From Pirellulaceae bacterium (GTDB lineage Bacteria > Planctomycetota > Planctomycetia > Pirellulales > Pirellulaceae), in assembly GCA_026004775.1 (NCBI GenBank), contig BPJU01000019.1, forward strand, positions 85,471 through 117,470: a stretch of DNA of 32,000 bases, written 5' to 3'. The notes beneath the pieces were generated by a model, which saw nothing but the letters and a program-made list of their open reading frames with translations, did not search any database and had not been told where the DNA came from. A program made the translations under genes and the position numbers. Below, in pieces: positions 9,523-19,120 of the stretch (position 1 is the stretch's first letter; every line of letters begins with the position of its first letter).

Positions 9523-10698
9523 ATGCCGGCGTTGGTAGCTCGACGTTACGATACGGGACGTCCGGTCCGGATCTGCTGGGACAACGGGCGGCTGGGGGTT
9601 GTCGAGCCGGCTTCGGAATCGGCGGAGTCGCTGCCGTGGGTGGCACCTGGTTGGGTGGATATCCAGATCAACGGTTACGGGGGACGTGAGTACACGAACG
9701 AGGCTCTGACGGTCGATGACGTCGTAGCGATCGACCGCCAATTAGCGACCGCGGGCGTGGTCCGCTACTGCCCGACACTGACGACCCACAGTTTTTCTAC
9801 CTTGGCCCATGCAGCCGGAATGATCGCCAAGGCGTGCGGGCAAGACGCCCTTCTTGATGCCGGTGTTCTGGGTATCCATTTGGAAGGCCCTTACATTTCT
9901 CCGCACGACGGGCCGCGGGGGGCCCACCCGAAACCTTTTTGCAAAGCTCCTGACTGGGATGAGTTCCAGCGGTTGCAGGAAGCAGCCGAAGGCCGTATCC
10001 GGTTGGTGACGTTGTCGCCGGAATATCCGAACGCTTGCCACTTCATCGAACAACTGGTGGCACAGGGTATTACCGTTGCGATCGGCCACACGGCTGCCTC
10101 GGTCGAGCAGATTCGACAGGCCGTCAGCGCAGGGGCTCGCCTCAGTACGCATCTGGGCAACGGGTGCCATCTGGAGCTACCGCGTCATCCGAACTACATC
10201 TGGGAACAACTTGCCGAGGATCGCTTGTGGGCCAGTCTGATCGTCGATGGTCATCATCTGCCTGAGACGGTGGTGCGGTGTTTCGTGCGTGCCAAGCAGC
10301 CCGAGCGGTGTATCCTTGTCAGCGACATAACCGCGTTGGGTGGCATGCCGCCCGGGCTTTACCATACATCGCTCGGCGATGTGGAAATCCTGGATGATGG
10401 ACGGATGGTGGTGGCCGGCCAGCGCCGCCTGCTCGCCGGTGCGGCTCGGCCGATCGGGGATGGGATCGTCAATGTGATGCGTTTTGCCGGTGTCGATTTG
10501 GCGACTGCCATTCGCATGGCCTGCCACCATCCGTTGCGGTTACTAGGGAGGGATGAGCCGTACTTGGAGGCAGGCGAGTGGGCCGACCTGGTATGTTTTG
10601 ACCTTCCCGCTCCGGGTGAAAAAGCTTCTCCGGTCGTCCTGGCAATGGTGCGGCACGGCGTAGTGGTTTATCAGCAACGTAACGTGGTGGTGGACTGA
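9523..10698 (+). CDS. nagA: N-acetylglucosamine-6-phosphate deacetylase-like amidohydrolase
   Basis: 391 aa. GWVDIQINGYGG, IHLEGPYISP, AIGHTAAS, STHLGNGC, DGHHL, VSDI. The Q-x-N in place of the first HxH resembles what I recall of the mononuclear E. coli-type NagA. Confidence 0.75.
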   Translation: MPALVARRYDTGRPVRICWDNGRLGVVEPASESAESLPWVAPGWVDIQINGYGGREYTNEALTVDDVVAIDRQLATAGVVRYCPTLTTHSFSTLAHAAGMIAKACGQDALLDAGVLGIHLEGPYISPHDGPRGAHPKPFCKAPDWDEFQRLQEAAEGRIRLVTLSPEYPNACHFIEQLVAQGITVAIGHTAASVEQIRQAVSAGARLSTHLGNGCHLELPRHPNYIWEQLAEDRLWASLIVDGHHLPETVVRCFVRAKQPERCILVSDITALGGMPPGLYHTSLGDVEILDDGRMVVAGQRRLLAGAARPIGDGIVNVMRFAGVDLATAIRMACHHPLRLLGRDEPYLEAGEWADLVCFDLPAPGEKASPVVLAMVRHGVVVYQQRNVVVD

Positions 10699-10739
10699 CC
10701 GAGTTGTGATTTGGCGCGGTGTCGATCGCCGGCCAGTCA

Positions 10740-12554
10740 CTAATCGCCTGGGCTTTGCAAGGCGGCCAATAGTTGCCGGGCCAGCACCTGCCCTACCTCG
10801 TCCTCTTCATCGACGACCACATGAGCGCCGGCCTGCACCAGTGCCCAGCGATAAATATGGTATCGGGACCGTGCGATCACCATCGCCGAGGGGGCTTGAT
10901 GGCGAATAAGCTGAATCAAAAACCGAGCCGTCTGCGGCATGGGGACCGTCAAGACGACTGCCGCCGCTTGCGGCACCTCGGCATGCTCCAGGATTTCGAT
11001 CTGGGTCGCATCTCCCAAAACGCCGTCCAAACCGTATCGGCGCGCGTGAGCGACATTATCGGGGTTGATGTCGATGACGACGATGTGGTTCATTCCGTGT
11101 GCCAGGAGTTCTTCGGCCACGCGCTGTCCGGCTGGACCAAAGCCGACGATGACGATGGGGCGCGTGGTTTCTTCGGTTTCTCCGCCGCTGGGTTCCGCAG
11201 CTGTGCCTGCTGCGGGTACCGGCAGGCGGCGCCGCCTGAAAAGTCGCCACACCCGTTCGCACCACAGCCCGGCCGGAATCGCAATAGCGATCAGGTACGG
11301 CGTCAGCAGCAGCGATACGATTGTGGCCGACAGGAGCGTGCGGAAGGTGGTATCATCGATCAGGGCTCGTCCTTCAGCCGGATGGTAAGCGATCGTAGCC
11401 AGGACGAACGAGAATTCCCCTACTTGGGCCAGTGTCAGTCCGGTTGCCACGGCGAACTGCAAGCGAACGCCTGCCAGCGCACAGATCAGTGCCACCAGCA
11501 GGCTCTTGCCCACAACAATGCAGAGGGCCGCAGCCAGCACAGGCGGCCAGTTGTGGATCAGCCACACCGGATCACCGAACATGCCGACACTGGCAAAAAA
11601 CAGCGTCACCAGCACGGTTTTTACCGGGCCGACATCGGCACGTACTTGATAGGCGAATGGCGAGACGGCCAGCAATACTCCGGCCAGAAAAGCCCCCATG
11701 GCGGCGCTCAGCCCAACGGCGTGAGCCGACACGGCAGCGCCCAGCGCCAAGGTCATGGCCAGCAATATCGGCAAGTCGCGATTTCGGTAACGGGCCTGTA
11801 ACGCGAAAAGCGGCGGCGCCACGTATTGAAAAAGCAGGTAAAGCAGCACGATCACCACGAGGCCCAACGCCAATGCCGACAGCAACTTCGGCACAGCCGT
11901 TTGCCAAGGGCCGGTGCGGGCCAGAAGCGATACGGCCAGCATCAACGGAATAACGGCCGCGTCTTGAAGCAACAACACCGCCAGGGACAGCCTGCCGTGC
12001 GGGCTTTCCATTTCGGCTCGATCCACCAGCAGTCGCAGTACACAAGCCGTGCTGGACATGGTGACCATCGAGCCCACGACCACGGCGGCTCGCCAGCCCA
12101 GCCAGAAACTGACCGCCGCCATCGTTAGCCCCATGGTCACAATGATCTGTCCGAAACCCGCCACCAGACCGGCGCGGCCAAGGCGTTTCAGTTCCGGTAG
12201 CGAAAACTCCAGCCCGATCGTAAAAAGCAACAACGCCACCCCCAACTCCGAAACCTGCCGCAACACCTCCGGACTGGGAATCAAGTTCCAGGCATGGGGC
12301 CCGGCCAGCGTACCGGCGATCAAGTACCCGACAATGGCGCTTTGCCGCAGGTGCTCGGCCACCGTCCCCAGGAAGGCCGCCAGCCCCAAGAGGATCATCA
12401 CCGACAGGAGCCCCTGCCATACCGGATCGAGTCCACCGACAGCCGCCCAAAAAACCACCATGTGCGGTTCCAGAAAAATTCCCTTGCTTCTGAAAACAGT
12501 AGTTACCAGAGACGCTTGGGCTGTAGCGCGGAATGAAAGAATACCATCGATCAA
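10740..12554 (-). CDS. Monovalent cation:proton antiporter-2 (CPA2, Kef-type) with a C-terminal TrkA-N/RCK domain
   Basis: Polytopic membrane domain plus a Rossmann motif IVIVGFGPAGQRVAEEL and DINPDNV. The true start may be ATG 12461 (MVVFWAAVGG), because the first 31 codons look non-membrane. Confidence 0.85.
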   Translation of the reverse strand: MIDGILSFRATAQASLVTTVFRSKGIFLEPHMVVFWAAVGGLDPVWQGLLSVMILLGLAAFLGTVAEHLRQSAIVGYLIAGTLAGPHAWNLIPSPEVLRQVSELGVALLLFTIGLEFSLPELKRLGRAGLVAGFGQIIVTMGLTMAAVSFWLGWRAAVVVGSMVTMSSTACVLRLLVDRAEMESPHGRLSLAVLLLQDAAVIPLMLAVSLLARTGPWQTAVPKLLSALALGLVVIVLLYLLFQYVAPPLFALQARYRNRDLPILLAMTLALGAAVSAHAVGLSAAMGAFLAGVLLAVSPFAYQVRADVGPVKTVLVTLFFASVGMFGDPVWLIHNWPPVLAAALCIVVGKSLLVALICALAGVRLQFAVATGLTLAQVGEFSFVLATIAYHPAEGRALIDDTTFRTLLSATIVSLLLTPYLIAIAIPAGLWCERVWRLFRRRRLPVPAAGTAAEPSGGETEETTRPIVIVGFGPAGQRVAEELLAHGMNHIVVIDINPDNVAHARRYGLDGVLGDATQIEILEHAEVPQAAAVVLTVPMPQTARFLIQLIRHQAPSAMVIARSRYHIYRWALVQAGAHVVVDEEDEVGQVLARQLLAALQSPGD

Positions 12555-12624
12555 GCTCGAGCCATAGCGGGAGGGGTTACGGATCGACGGCCGTACCTGC
12601 GACAGTCATGAGCATGCCTTCGTA

Positions 12625-13974
12625 TCAGTAAAGGCCGGCCCCGCATAACAAGCCTGTCTGCACCTGGCCATCCCGGATCTGGAACATGCCCGGGTAGCGA
12701 CTCTCCCAGCCATGATTCCCGGCCGGGCAGTACTGGCGTCCGTTGCCTTCCACGGCCGCCACGGTCGGGATGCGTGCCGAGAGGCTGGCCGAGTGCAGGA
12801 AGGAAGCTCCCACACACGTCAGATCCTGCACGCACAGAAACATCTGGAATTTTTGTGCCGCCGCTCCCAACAGTAGAGACTCGGCGTGCCCCTTGCATGC
12901 CTTCAACGCCACACCGGAGTAGCCCATGTCGCGTGCCAACAAAAGCGATTCATAATCGACCAGCGATTCGTCGATCACGACCGGCTTGAGCTGTGAAGCT
13001 CGATGCATCTTCTGTTCTCGGTGACCGGCCAGATCCCGGTGCGTGGGCTGTTCGATATACTGGATCCGCTCCCAGGCACGGGGCGAGCGCTGCCGCACCT
13101 GGTCCAGGAATTCCAACACGTAGTCGACACTCTCACAGCGCTCGTTGAAGTCCAGCGAATAGACCCACTGGCTGCAACCCCGCCGAGCTTGCGCTTCGGC
13201 CGCCACCTGCTCGACCCGAACCACTCGATCCACGTCCCAGGCCAGATCATCGCCGGCGAGCTTGATTTTCAAGTGCGTCAGGCCGTTGAATGCGATCCAC
13301 TGGGCGAGCGTTTCCGGGAGGCCGTCGCCGATCGGCTCGCCCACGTCCGAATCGTCCAGCGGGTCGAGCGCCCCGACCAGGTGATAGAGCGGCATCCGCG
13401 GTTTCGGATCCGCCAGGGTGTAACGGTCCAGGTACTCACCCCGAAATCGCTCGTCCAAAAACGTGCTCAAGTCCCGCCGTATATAATCCGAACCCAGCAG
13501 CAAGTAACTGTTCGTGCCGTGGACCTTTCCGTACGCATCGTGGATGGCAGCGTCCACAGGACTGGCCGCCACCAGTTGTGCCAGCCGCGGTATCGGTTCA
13601 GGAAGCGCCAGTTGCCGGCCGACTTCGTCTGCCCACCGGGCAAAACAGCTACTTAATTGCTCGCTGAGCTCCAGCGGATGCCCGGCGCCGGTGATGCGGG
13701 TTACCTGGTCAACGGCCAGCTCGGCGAACCGCAGCATGGCTGTCAGGGTTTGGTCGGTTGGGACGCGGTTGCTGGGCCACGCCCAAACATTGCCGACCGG
13801 CATCGAACCATGACCGGCAGCCCGTCGTCCTGCGGCCGATTCGACCGTGACCGTCACGTCGGCAATCACAGCGTCGCGAAGAACGCGTCCGCCGAACTTC
13901 AACGGGGCTCGGTACGTAACGCGCGTCGTAGAAAGCTCGGCCTCGACAACCCGAATGTCGGTCAACAACGTCAT
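12625..13974 (-). CDS. Enolase-superfamily enzyme (mandelate racemase/muconate lactonizing enzyme-like)
   Basis: 449 aa. N-terminal capping domain, then KxK (THLKIKLAG) and candidate metal ligands in YSLDFNE, YIEQP and VVIDES. Substrate unknown. Confidence 0.65.
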   Translation of the reverse strand: MTLLTDIRVVEAELSTTRVTYRAPLKFGGRVLRDAVIADVTVTVESAAGRRAAGHGSMPVGNVWAWPSNRVPTDQTLTAMLRFAELAVDQVTRITGAGHPLELSEQLSSCFARWADEVGRQLALPEPIPRLAQLVAASPVDAAIHDAYGKVHGTNSYLLLGSDYIRRDLSTFLDERFRGEYLDRYTLADPKPRMPLYHLVGALDPLDDSDVGEPIGDGLPETLAQWIAFNGLTHLKIKLAGDDLAWDVDRVVRVEQVAAEAQARRGCSQWVYSLDFNERCESVDYVLEFLDQVRQRSPRAWERIQYIEQPTHRDLAGHREQKMHRASQLKPVVIDESLVDYESLLLARDMGYSGVALKACKGHAESLLLGAAAQKFQMFLCVQDLTCVGASFLHSASLSARIPTVAAVEGNGRQYCPAGNHGWESRYPGMFQIRDGQVQTGLLCGAGLY

Positions 13975-14001
13975 GCTGGCAGAACCTGTTGTCGCGCGGG
14001 G

Positions 14002-14634
14002 TCAGACCAGCTTCTTGCGCACCGCCCAAACCGCGGCTTGAGTGCGGTCCGTAACACCGATCTTGCGGAGGATGTGCTGCACGTGCTCCTTGACCGTTTC
14101 GTAGCTGATTTTCAAAGCGTCGGCGATCTCTTTGTTGGTAAGGCCCATCGCCATTTTTCGGAGCACTTCGCATTCGCGCTCTGTCAACGGCACATCCAGA
14201 TCGGCGGGCAACCGCGGTACCGCCAAGGCACTGCCTAGACGGCGCATCTCCTCGCGTACCCACAAGTCCTCCCCGCCAGCCACCTTGCGCAACGCCTCCA
14301 CCAGCTTCGCCTTGGGTGTATTTTTCAAAAGGTATCCGGAAGCGTTGAGCGCCACGCAGCGTGCCAGGTACGTCGGGTTGTCGTAGGCCGTGAAAATCAC
14401 CACGGGCAGGTCCGGATAATCGAACTTCAATTGCCCGAGGATTTTCGTTCCGTCGCCGTCGGCCAGCCGGATATCCAACAACACGATATCGGGCCGCAGT
14501 TGTTTGACCAATCCAGGCACTTCGGCTCCCTTCGACGCCTCGCCGACGATCTGAATATCGGTTCCCGCCAGTAATGACCGCAAACCTGTCCGCACCACTT
14601 CATGATCATCCACCACCAATACGCGAATGGCCAT
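14002..14634 (-). CDS. NarL/LuxR-family response regulator
   Basis: REC domain (IRVLVVDDHEVVR, LLDIRLADGDG) plus a LuxR HTH (LTERECEVLRKMAMGLTNKEIADALKISYETVKEHVQHILRKIGV). No kinase gene is adjacent. It stops 27 nt upstream of the enolase-like gene. Confidence 0.9.
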   Translation of the reverse strand: MAIRVLVVDDHEVVRTGLRSLLAGTDIQIVGEASKGAEVPGLVKQLRPDIVLLDIRLADGDGTKILGQLKFDYPDLPVVIFTAYDNPTYLARCVALNASGYLLKNTPKAKLVEALRKVAGGEDLWVREEMRRLGSALAVPRLPADLDVPLTERECEVLRKMAMGLTNKEIADALKISYETVKEHVQHILRKIGVTDRTQAAVWAVRKKLV

Positions 14635-15265
14635 GCCTGGATCCTTTTACTACTCCCCCTACACGGTTGTACGGATTTGCTCACCTGCTGCCCGACTCGC
14701 CCCGCTTCGCGCGCTTCCTCGATACAAATATGCCCCTACTATGACAAAAGGACGGCCGAGTAGTAATAACTCACTTGGGGGATACCAGCCTAAAACTCCC
14801 TTGGTTACGCCAAAATGCCCCACCGAATCCCTGCTTACGTACCCCCCAAAAGCCACCCCAAATGGATGAAACGACCGTCAAATACGGTGACTGCACCGGC
14901 GGTTCCCGTGCCGCCGGCAGCCACCCACCCGCAACATCGGCTGCGTCGCTTTCGCTGTGCGCTCGCTCTGTCCGTGTTCGCCTACCATAATACACCAGGC
15001 CATCGGAAGCAATAACCGGGCGAGACTTTGCCAGGAACAGGGCTACTGAGCCGATAGCGACTCAAACCCGAGGCGAATCGACGGCTCTATGGGAGCCCTT
15101 TCTGCTCAGGGCGCCCGATGCAAAAGAAAAGTCAACCGATCGTTTTTTCGAGTATAGTGTGGGACGTTTCATGGAGAGAGTGGCGGCCGGATTTGACGGG
15201 AACTGGTTCGAGTACCGGTCACCCGGCGTGGTACGTATCGAATCTGTTGAATGGGGGATCGGCTG

Positions 15266-16162
15266 ATGAAACTGGGGCTGTTTTCCATTAGTTATGCGGG
15301 CTTGTGGGGCCAGGCAGAGCTGGGCCTGGAAGATTTTATTCGTCGCGCGGCTGGCTTAGGATTCGATACGGTGATGCTGGCCGGTAAACGCCCGCATCTT
15401 TCACCATTGGATATCGATGAAGCACGCCTTGAAAAGCTCAGACGGCTGTTGGACGAGTCGGGCATAGGATGCGATGTAGTGGCTGCTTATACGGATCTAT
15501 CGCCGCCACCGGCGGCCGAAGTACCGTATTTGGAATGGCAAATCGGCTATGTAGCACAGTTGGCACGCACTGGGGCCGCTTTGGGTGCCAAATACATACG
15601 CGTGTTTACCGCCTACGGCTCGCCGTCCCTGGCTCCACATCAGCAGTGGGCGCTTGTCGTGAGAACTTTGCGGGAAATGGCTGAGCGGGTGGCCGAGTTG
15701 GGGATGACATTGGCGGTCCAGAATCACCACGACGTTGCGCTACCGACCGATGCCATGCTGGACCTGATTGCCGAAATCGATCACCCGCATTGCCGTCTGG
15801 GTTTTGATGCCTGGTCGGTGGCATTGCGGGGTGAACCGCTGGAGGAATCTGCGCGCAAGGCCGCACCGTGGACGGTGATCACGACTAACGCGGATTATCT
15901 CCGCTATCCGCGATACACGTATGACCCGGCGCTGGTGAACTACCGGCGCTTGGAACCGGATTGGGTGCGAGCTGTCCCGTTTGGCACGGGAACTATCGAC
16001 TATCAAGCCTTTTTCCGGGGCTTGCGAGCCGGAGGATTCGACGGAGTGGCCAGCTACGAGATGTGCTCGCCGATCCGTGGCGGCGGAAGTTTGGAGAATC
16101 TGGACCGCTATGCTCAAGTCTATCTTGAGTGGATGAGGAAATTTGTGCTGCAAGTAAGCTAA
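15266..16162 (+). CDS. Sugar phosphate isomerase/epimerase (xylose isomerase-like TIM barrel)
   Basis: MKLGLFSISYAGLWG start, preceded by GGGGGATCGGCTG. LAVQNHH and similar motifs are typical of the family. The track start 15251 is 5 codons upstream. Confidence 0.8.
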   Translation: MKLGLFSISYAGLWGQAELGLEDFIRRAAGLGFDTVMLAGKRPHLSPLDIDEARLEKLRRLLDESGIGCDVVAAYTDLSPPPAAEVPYLEWQIGYVAQLARTGAALGAKYIRVFTAYGSPSLAPHQQWALVVRTLREMAERVAELGMTLAVQNHHDVALPTDAMLDLIAEIDHPHCRLGFDAWSVALRGEPLEESARKAAPWTVITTNADYLRYPRYTYDPALVNYRRLEPDWVRAVPFGTGTIDYQAFFRGLRAGGFDGVASYEMCSPIRGGGSLENLDRYAQVYLEWMRKFVLQVS

Positions 16163-16182
16163 GTTGCTTTGCCTGACTTACT

Positions 16183-16247
16183 GCCTATCCGAAAACCGCC
16201 CTCGGTCCGCTTTGTCGATAGGCCCGCGAGCCGGTTTTCGGATAGGC
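16183..16247. repeat. 16-bp perfect inverted repeat (GCCTATCCGAAAACCG / CGGTTTTCGGATAGGC) with a 33-nt spacer, 20 nt after the isomerase stop
   Basis: Arms at 16183-16198 and 16232-16247, read directly. No U-tract follows, so it is not a canonical intrinsic terminator. Confidence 0.8.
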
Positions 16248-16331
16248 TATTAGCATCGATACGAGTATGTTCTTCCGATACTACATGAGTTTTGGCTCGA
16301 ACTGGTTTTCGGATAGTCTCTTAGCATCGAT
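16233..16331. repeat. Two 28-bp direct repeats GGTTTTCGGATAG(G/T)CT(A/C)TTAGCATCGAT, spaced 71 bp start to start
   Basis: Copies at 16233-16260 and 16304-16331 with 2 mismatches. The first copy overlaps the right arm of the inverted repeat above. Confidence 0.8.
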
Positions 16332-16766
16332 GGCGTGCCTCTTTCCGCATGGCTCGGCTAGTCTTGAACGAGAAAACGCTGTTTGTCGCGTTAAGCATCG
16401 ACGGGGTGAACGCGGACGGAACGGTGTTGTTGTCTCGTCGAGCCGTCCGGTCACACGCCCCCAGGCGGTCTTGCCCGGGCAGGGCGATGATGGACAGCTC
16501 GAGCGGCTCCGACTTGGTGTCGGGTATCTCGCGTCTCGCATCGCGTGTCTTCCTGCCAGGGCGAACCGTTGAAAGAACTGTCTCCCCTTCTCTAACAAGC
16601 CGCTTTGCACGAGCTGGCGCTTCATGCACACTGAGGTTGGCGGAGTTTCTACGATTGCACCTTTGTCTACGCGCAAGATGTTTTTATATTTCACGTATGA
16701 AAACGGCTAGTCTTTCCCGACAGAGTCAGGGTTGATGCTTAACTGTTCTCCAAGCGTTATTTCGCA

Positions 16767-16987
16767 CCGCGTAACCGTTCACGGTTGAATTCGAGGGTCG
16801 TTCGGTGCCTCACCATTGAAAGTGCGGAACACTTGCGTGTTCCGCATACGGAAGGTAGACGCTTCGCGAGGATTTTTTCAATGCGGAAGTCTTACGGCGG
16901 AACGCTGGCGCGTTCCGCCTTGCGACTTCCGCTACCCCCTAAACCAATATCGTTTTCTTTATTTGCCAACCGTGAACGGTTACCGCG
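16767..16987. repeat. ~220-bp hairpin-rich element bounded by 17-bp inverted repeats (GTAACCGTTCACGGTTG / CAACCGTGAACGGTTAC); possible MITE or structured RNA
   Basis: Terminal repeats at 16771-16787 and 16967-16983. The interior has a 10-bp stem TGCGGAACAC/GTGTTCCGCA (16823-16846) and a two-tier 19-bp hairpin GCGGAAGTC..GGCGGAACGC..GCGTTCCGCC..GACTTCCGC (16883-16932). Confidence 0.6.
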
Positions 16988-16991
16988 CCGC

Positions 16992-18075
16992 TTACCTGCC
17001 ATGGCCATGCTCTGTTTTCGTGTTCTCTAACAGTTGCAATTCTGCCCCCGGTTCTTTCACCGTCGGCAGGCTGCCTTCGAGTTCTTCGGGCAGCGTCTCG
17101 ACGAGGCAGGTTTCCCACTCGGCAACGCCAATAGGTTTATGCACATCGCGCAGAGCGTACTCCACCACGAGCCGATCCTTGCCCTTGCAGAGTAAAAGCC
17201 CGATGGTGGGTTTGTCGTCGGGGTGGCGCATGAGGTCATCAACCGCCGAAAGATACAAGTTCATCTGTCCGACATAGGCTGGATCGAAAGGTCCAGCTTT
17301 CAGTTCCACCACAAAGCACCGTAATTTGAGATGGTAGAAGAGCAGGTCCACATAGAAGTCCTGATCGCCGACTTTTAAAAAATACCTTTCGCCCGGCGAA
17401 CGCAAACCCAGCGCCACGTTGCAAGAGAAATCGCCGGACGTGATTCACCAGCGCCTGTTCCGCCTCGCGCTCGCGACGCGGTTCAGCGGTGCCGAGGAAG
17501 TCGAAGAGGTAAGGGTCCTTGAACACCTGCGCTGCCATGTCGGAGTCCGTTGGAGGAAGCGTGGCAGGAAAGTTGGTGACGGCTTTGCCCTGCCGCTCGT
17601 CGATCCGCCGCTCGATTTGCATCACGAGCACATTGCGGCTCCAGCCTTTCTCGCGCACCTTGCGGGCGTACCAGAGGCGAGCCTCTGGGTCGGCAACTTT
17701 GTTGAGCAAAACACAGTTGTGGAACCAGGGGATTTGTGCAGCAACCTGCTGCACAATTTGTCGGTTGGGCCAGGCGGCGGCAAAAGCGCGCATGTACTTG
17801 AGGTTGCGCGGTGAAAGCCCCTGCATTTCGGGGGACTCCCGCCGCAGGTCCGCCGAAAGCCGGTCAACGACCTTGACGCCCCAGCCTTCGCGCTGTTGGC
17901 GCTCGAGGATGGCGCAGCCGATGTCCCATTACAACCGTACCATCGCAGCGTTGGCGGTCATGACCGCCCGCAGGCACACTTGCCGAATGCGCTGCTTGAG
18001 TTCGGCAAGCAGGTCTGCGTAATCGGCAGGCAGATCGGTAAGCGCTCGGCGTAGCTGGGATACGAGCCTGCGCTT
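16992..18075 (-). pseudogene. yhcG: YhcG/DUF1016-family PD-(D/E)XK nuclease pseudogene (one in-frame stop, one frameshift)
   Basis: Three pieces. ADYADLLAELKQRIRQVCLRAVMTANAAMVRL*WDIGCAILERQQREGWG has a TAA at 17929-17931. MQGLSPRNLKYMRAFAAAW...FLLQRGAGFAFAGR is ORF 17239..17826. After a shift in the T4A6 run near 17372-17385 comes YFLKVGDQDFYVDLLFYHLKLRCFVVELK...GQMNLYL...PTIGLLLC (ORF 16992..17417). Confidence 0.8.
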
Positions 18076-18193
18076 TATCCAAAGTTGAGTTTCTCGGCTT
18101 TGGCTTTCTTGGTTTACCCGCCATAGCCTGGTTCCTCCAGGTTTTTCCAGATGGCCGCATCCAGCCAGCGGATCTCGCCCTGTTGCTGGCGAG

Positions 18194-19120
18194 TCATGGC
18201 CGTGTCTCCTCGGGTTCTTCGAACAGGCGCAGATAAGGCTCGAAACGGAATCGCCGGTTACGGGCGTAGCCCGTAATCTCTCCGAGCAATCCGATGTTCA
18301 CCAGGCGGTGAAAAAGGTTGTTGGCAGCAGGCGTTGTAATGTTCAACGAGTCGCGCACGGTGGCCACCGTGACAATCGGAGAGTCGAAGAGTCTGTCCAT
18401 GACGCGATGTCCGTTCGCCGCTGCTCGCTCGAGCTTTTCGGTGACCTTGGCTCGGTACTCTTCGCGCGTGCGCAGGATCGCTGCTGTTGTCTCAGTCGCC
18501 GGCGGGCTCACTTCGGCAACAGCGCGAAGGAAAAAGTCCAGCCATCCTTCCCAATCTCCCTCGTCGCGCACAGTTTGAAGCCGGACGTAGTATTCGGCGC
18601 GATGCCGTTTGAAGTAGTACGAAAGGCAGACGACCGGCCGGGATAGAAGACGCTTTTCTACTAGCAGAACGGCAATCAGCAACCGCCCGATACTACCGCT
18701 TCCGTCCAGAAACGGGTGAATGGTTTCGAATTGTGCATGCGCCGACCCGACGCGGATGAGGACCGGTACGTCATCCTGTGCATGGAAAAAGCGATCCAGG
18801 TCTTGAAGCGATCGCGGCACCTCATGAGGCGGAGGTGGCACAAATGTAGCCTCAGCCAGTGTGCAGCCGGCGGACCGACCCAGTTCTGGGTGTTGCGCAG
18901 TTGTCCGGGTGTGAAATGTTCCCCGCGAACCCCGCGCATCAGCTCAGCATGGATTTCGCGGATCAGCCGCACCGACACCGGGAGCGTCGCGAGGCGGCCA
19001 AGACTATGATTCATCGCGCGGACATAGTTGATGACTTCATTTACATCATCGGGTGTGTCGGGATCGAAGAGCCGGGCTTCGGCAGATATTAGGTTTTGAA
19101 AGGAACTTTGCGTTAGGGTG
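18194..19120 (-). pseudogene. fic: Fic/DOC-family pseudogene (frameshifted, degenerate active-site motif, N-terminus lost)
   Basis: VINYVRAMNHSLGRL..IREIHAELMRGVRGEHFTPGQLRNTQNWVG, then a 1-nt shift near 18870-18880 into ..TLAEATFVPPPPHEV..HAQFETIHPFLDGSGSIGRLL. The motif HPFLDGSGSIGR has lost the N and first R of canonical HxFx(D/E)GNGRxxR. Confidence 0.75.

Noticed and set aside
15205-15225. tRNA-like T-arm (GGTTCGAGT), and a general search for a tRNA at the island border
   Set aside because: The flanking bases do not form a T-stem or acceptor stem. No cloverleaf could be built here or near 16.2 kb.
16281-16735. ORFs in the 16.28-16.74 kb gap (137 aa and 102 aa on the minus strand, 128 aa on the plus strand), considered as HsdS-like or recombinase remnants
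   Set aside because: There are only vague peptide resemblances (e.g. GETVLSTVRPG). No motif series holds across frames, and the ORFs overlap each other. I treat the region as non-coding or unrecognisably decayed.
16823-16932. Integron attC sites as an explanation for the GCGGAAC palindromes
   Set aside because: The core does not fit the RYYYAAC/GTTRRRY consensus. The stems are perfect rather than carrying extrahelical bases, and no intI gene is present.
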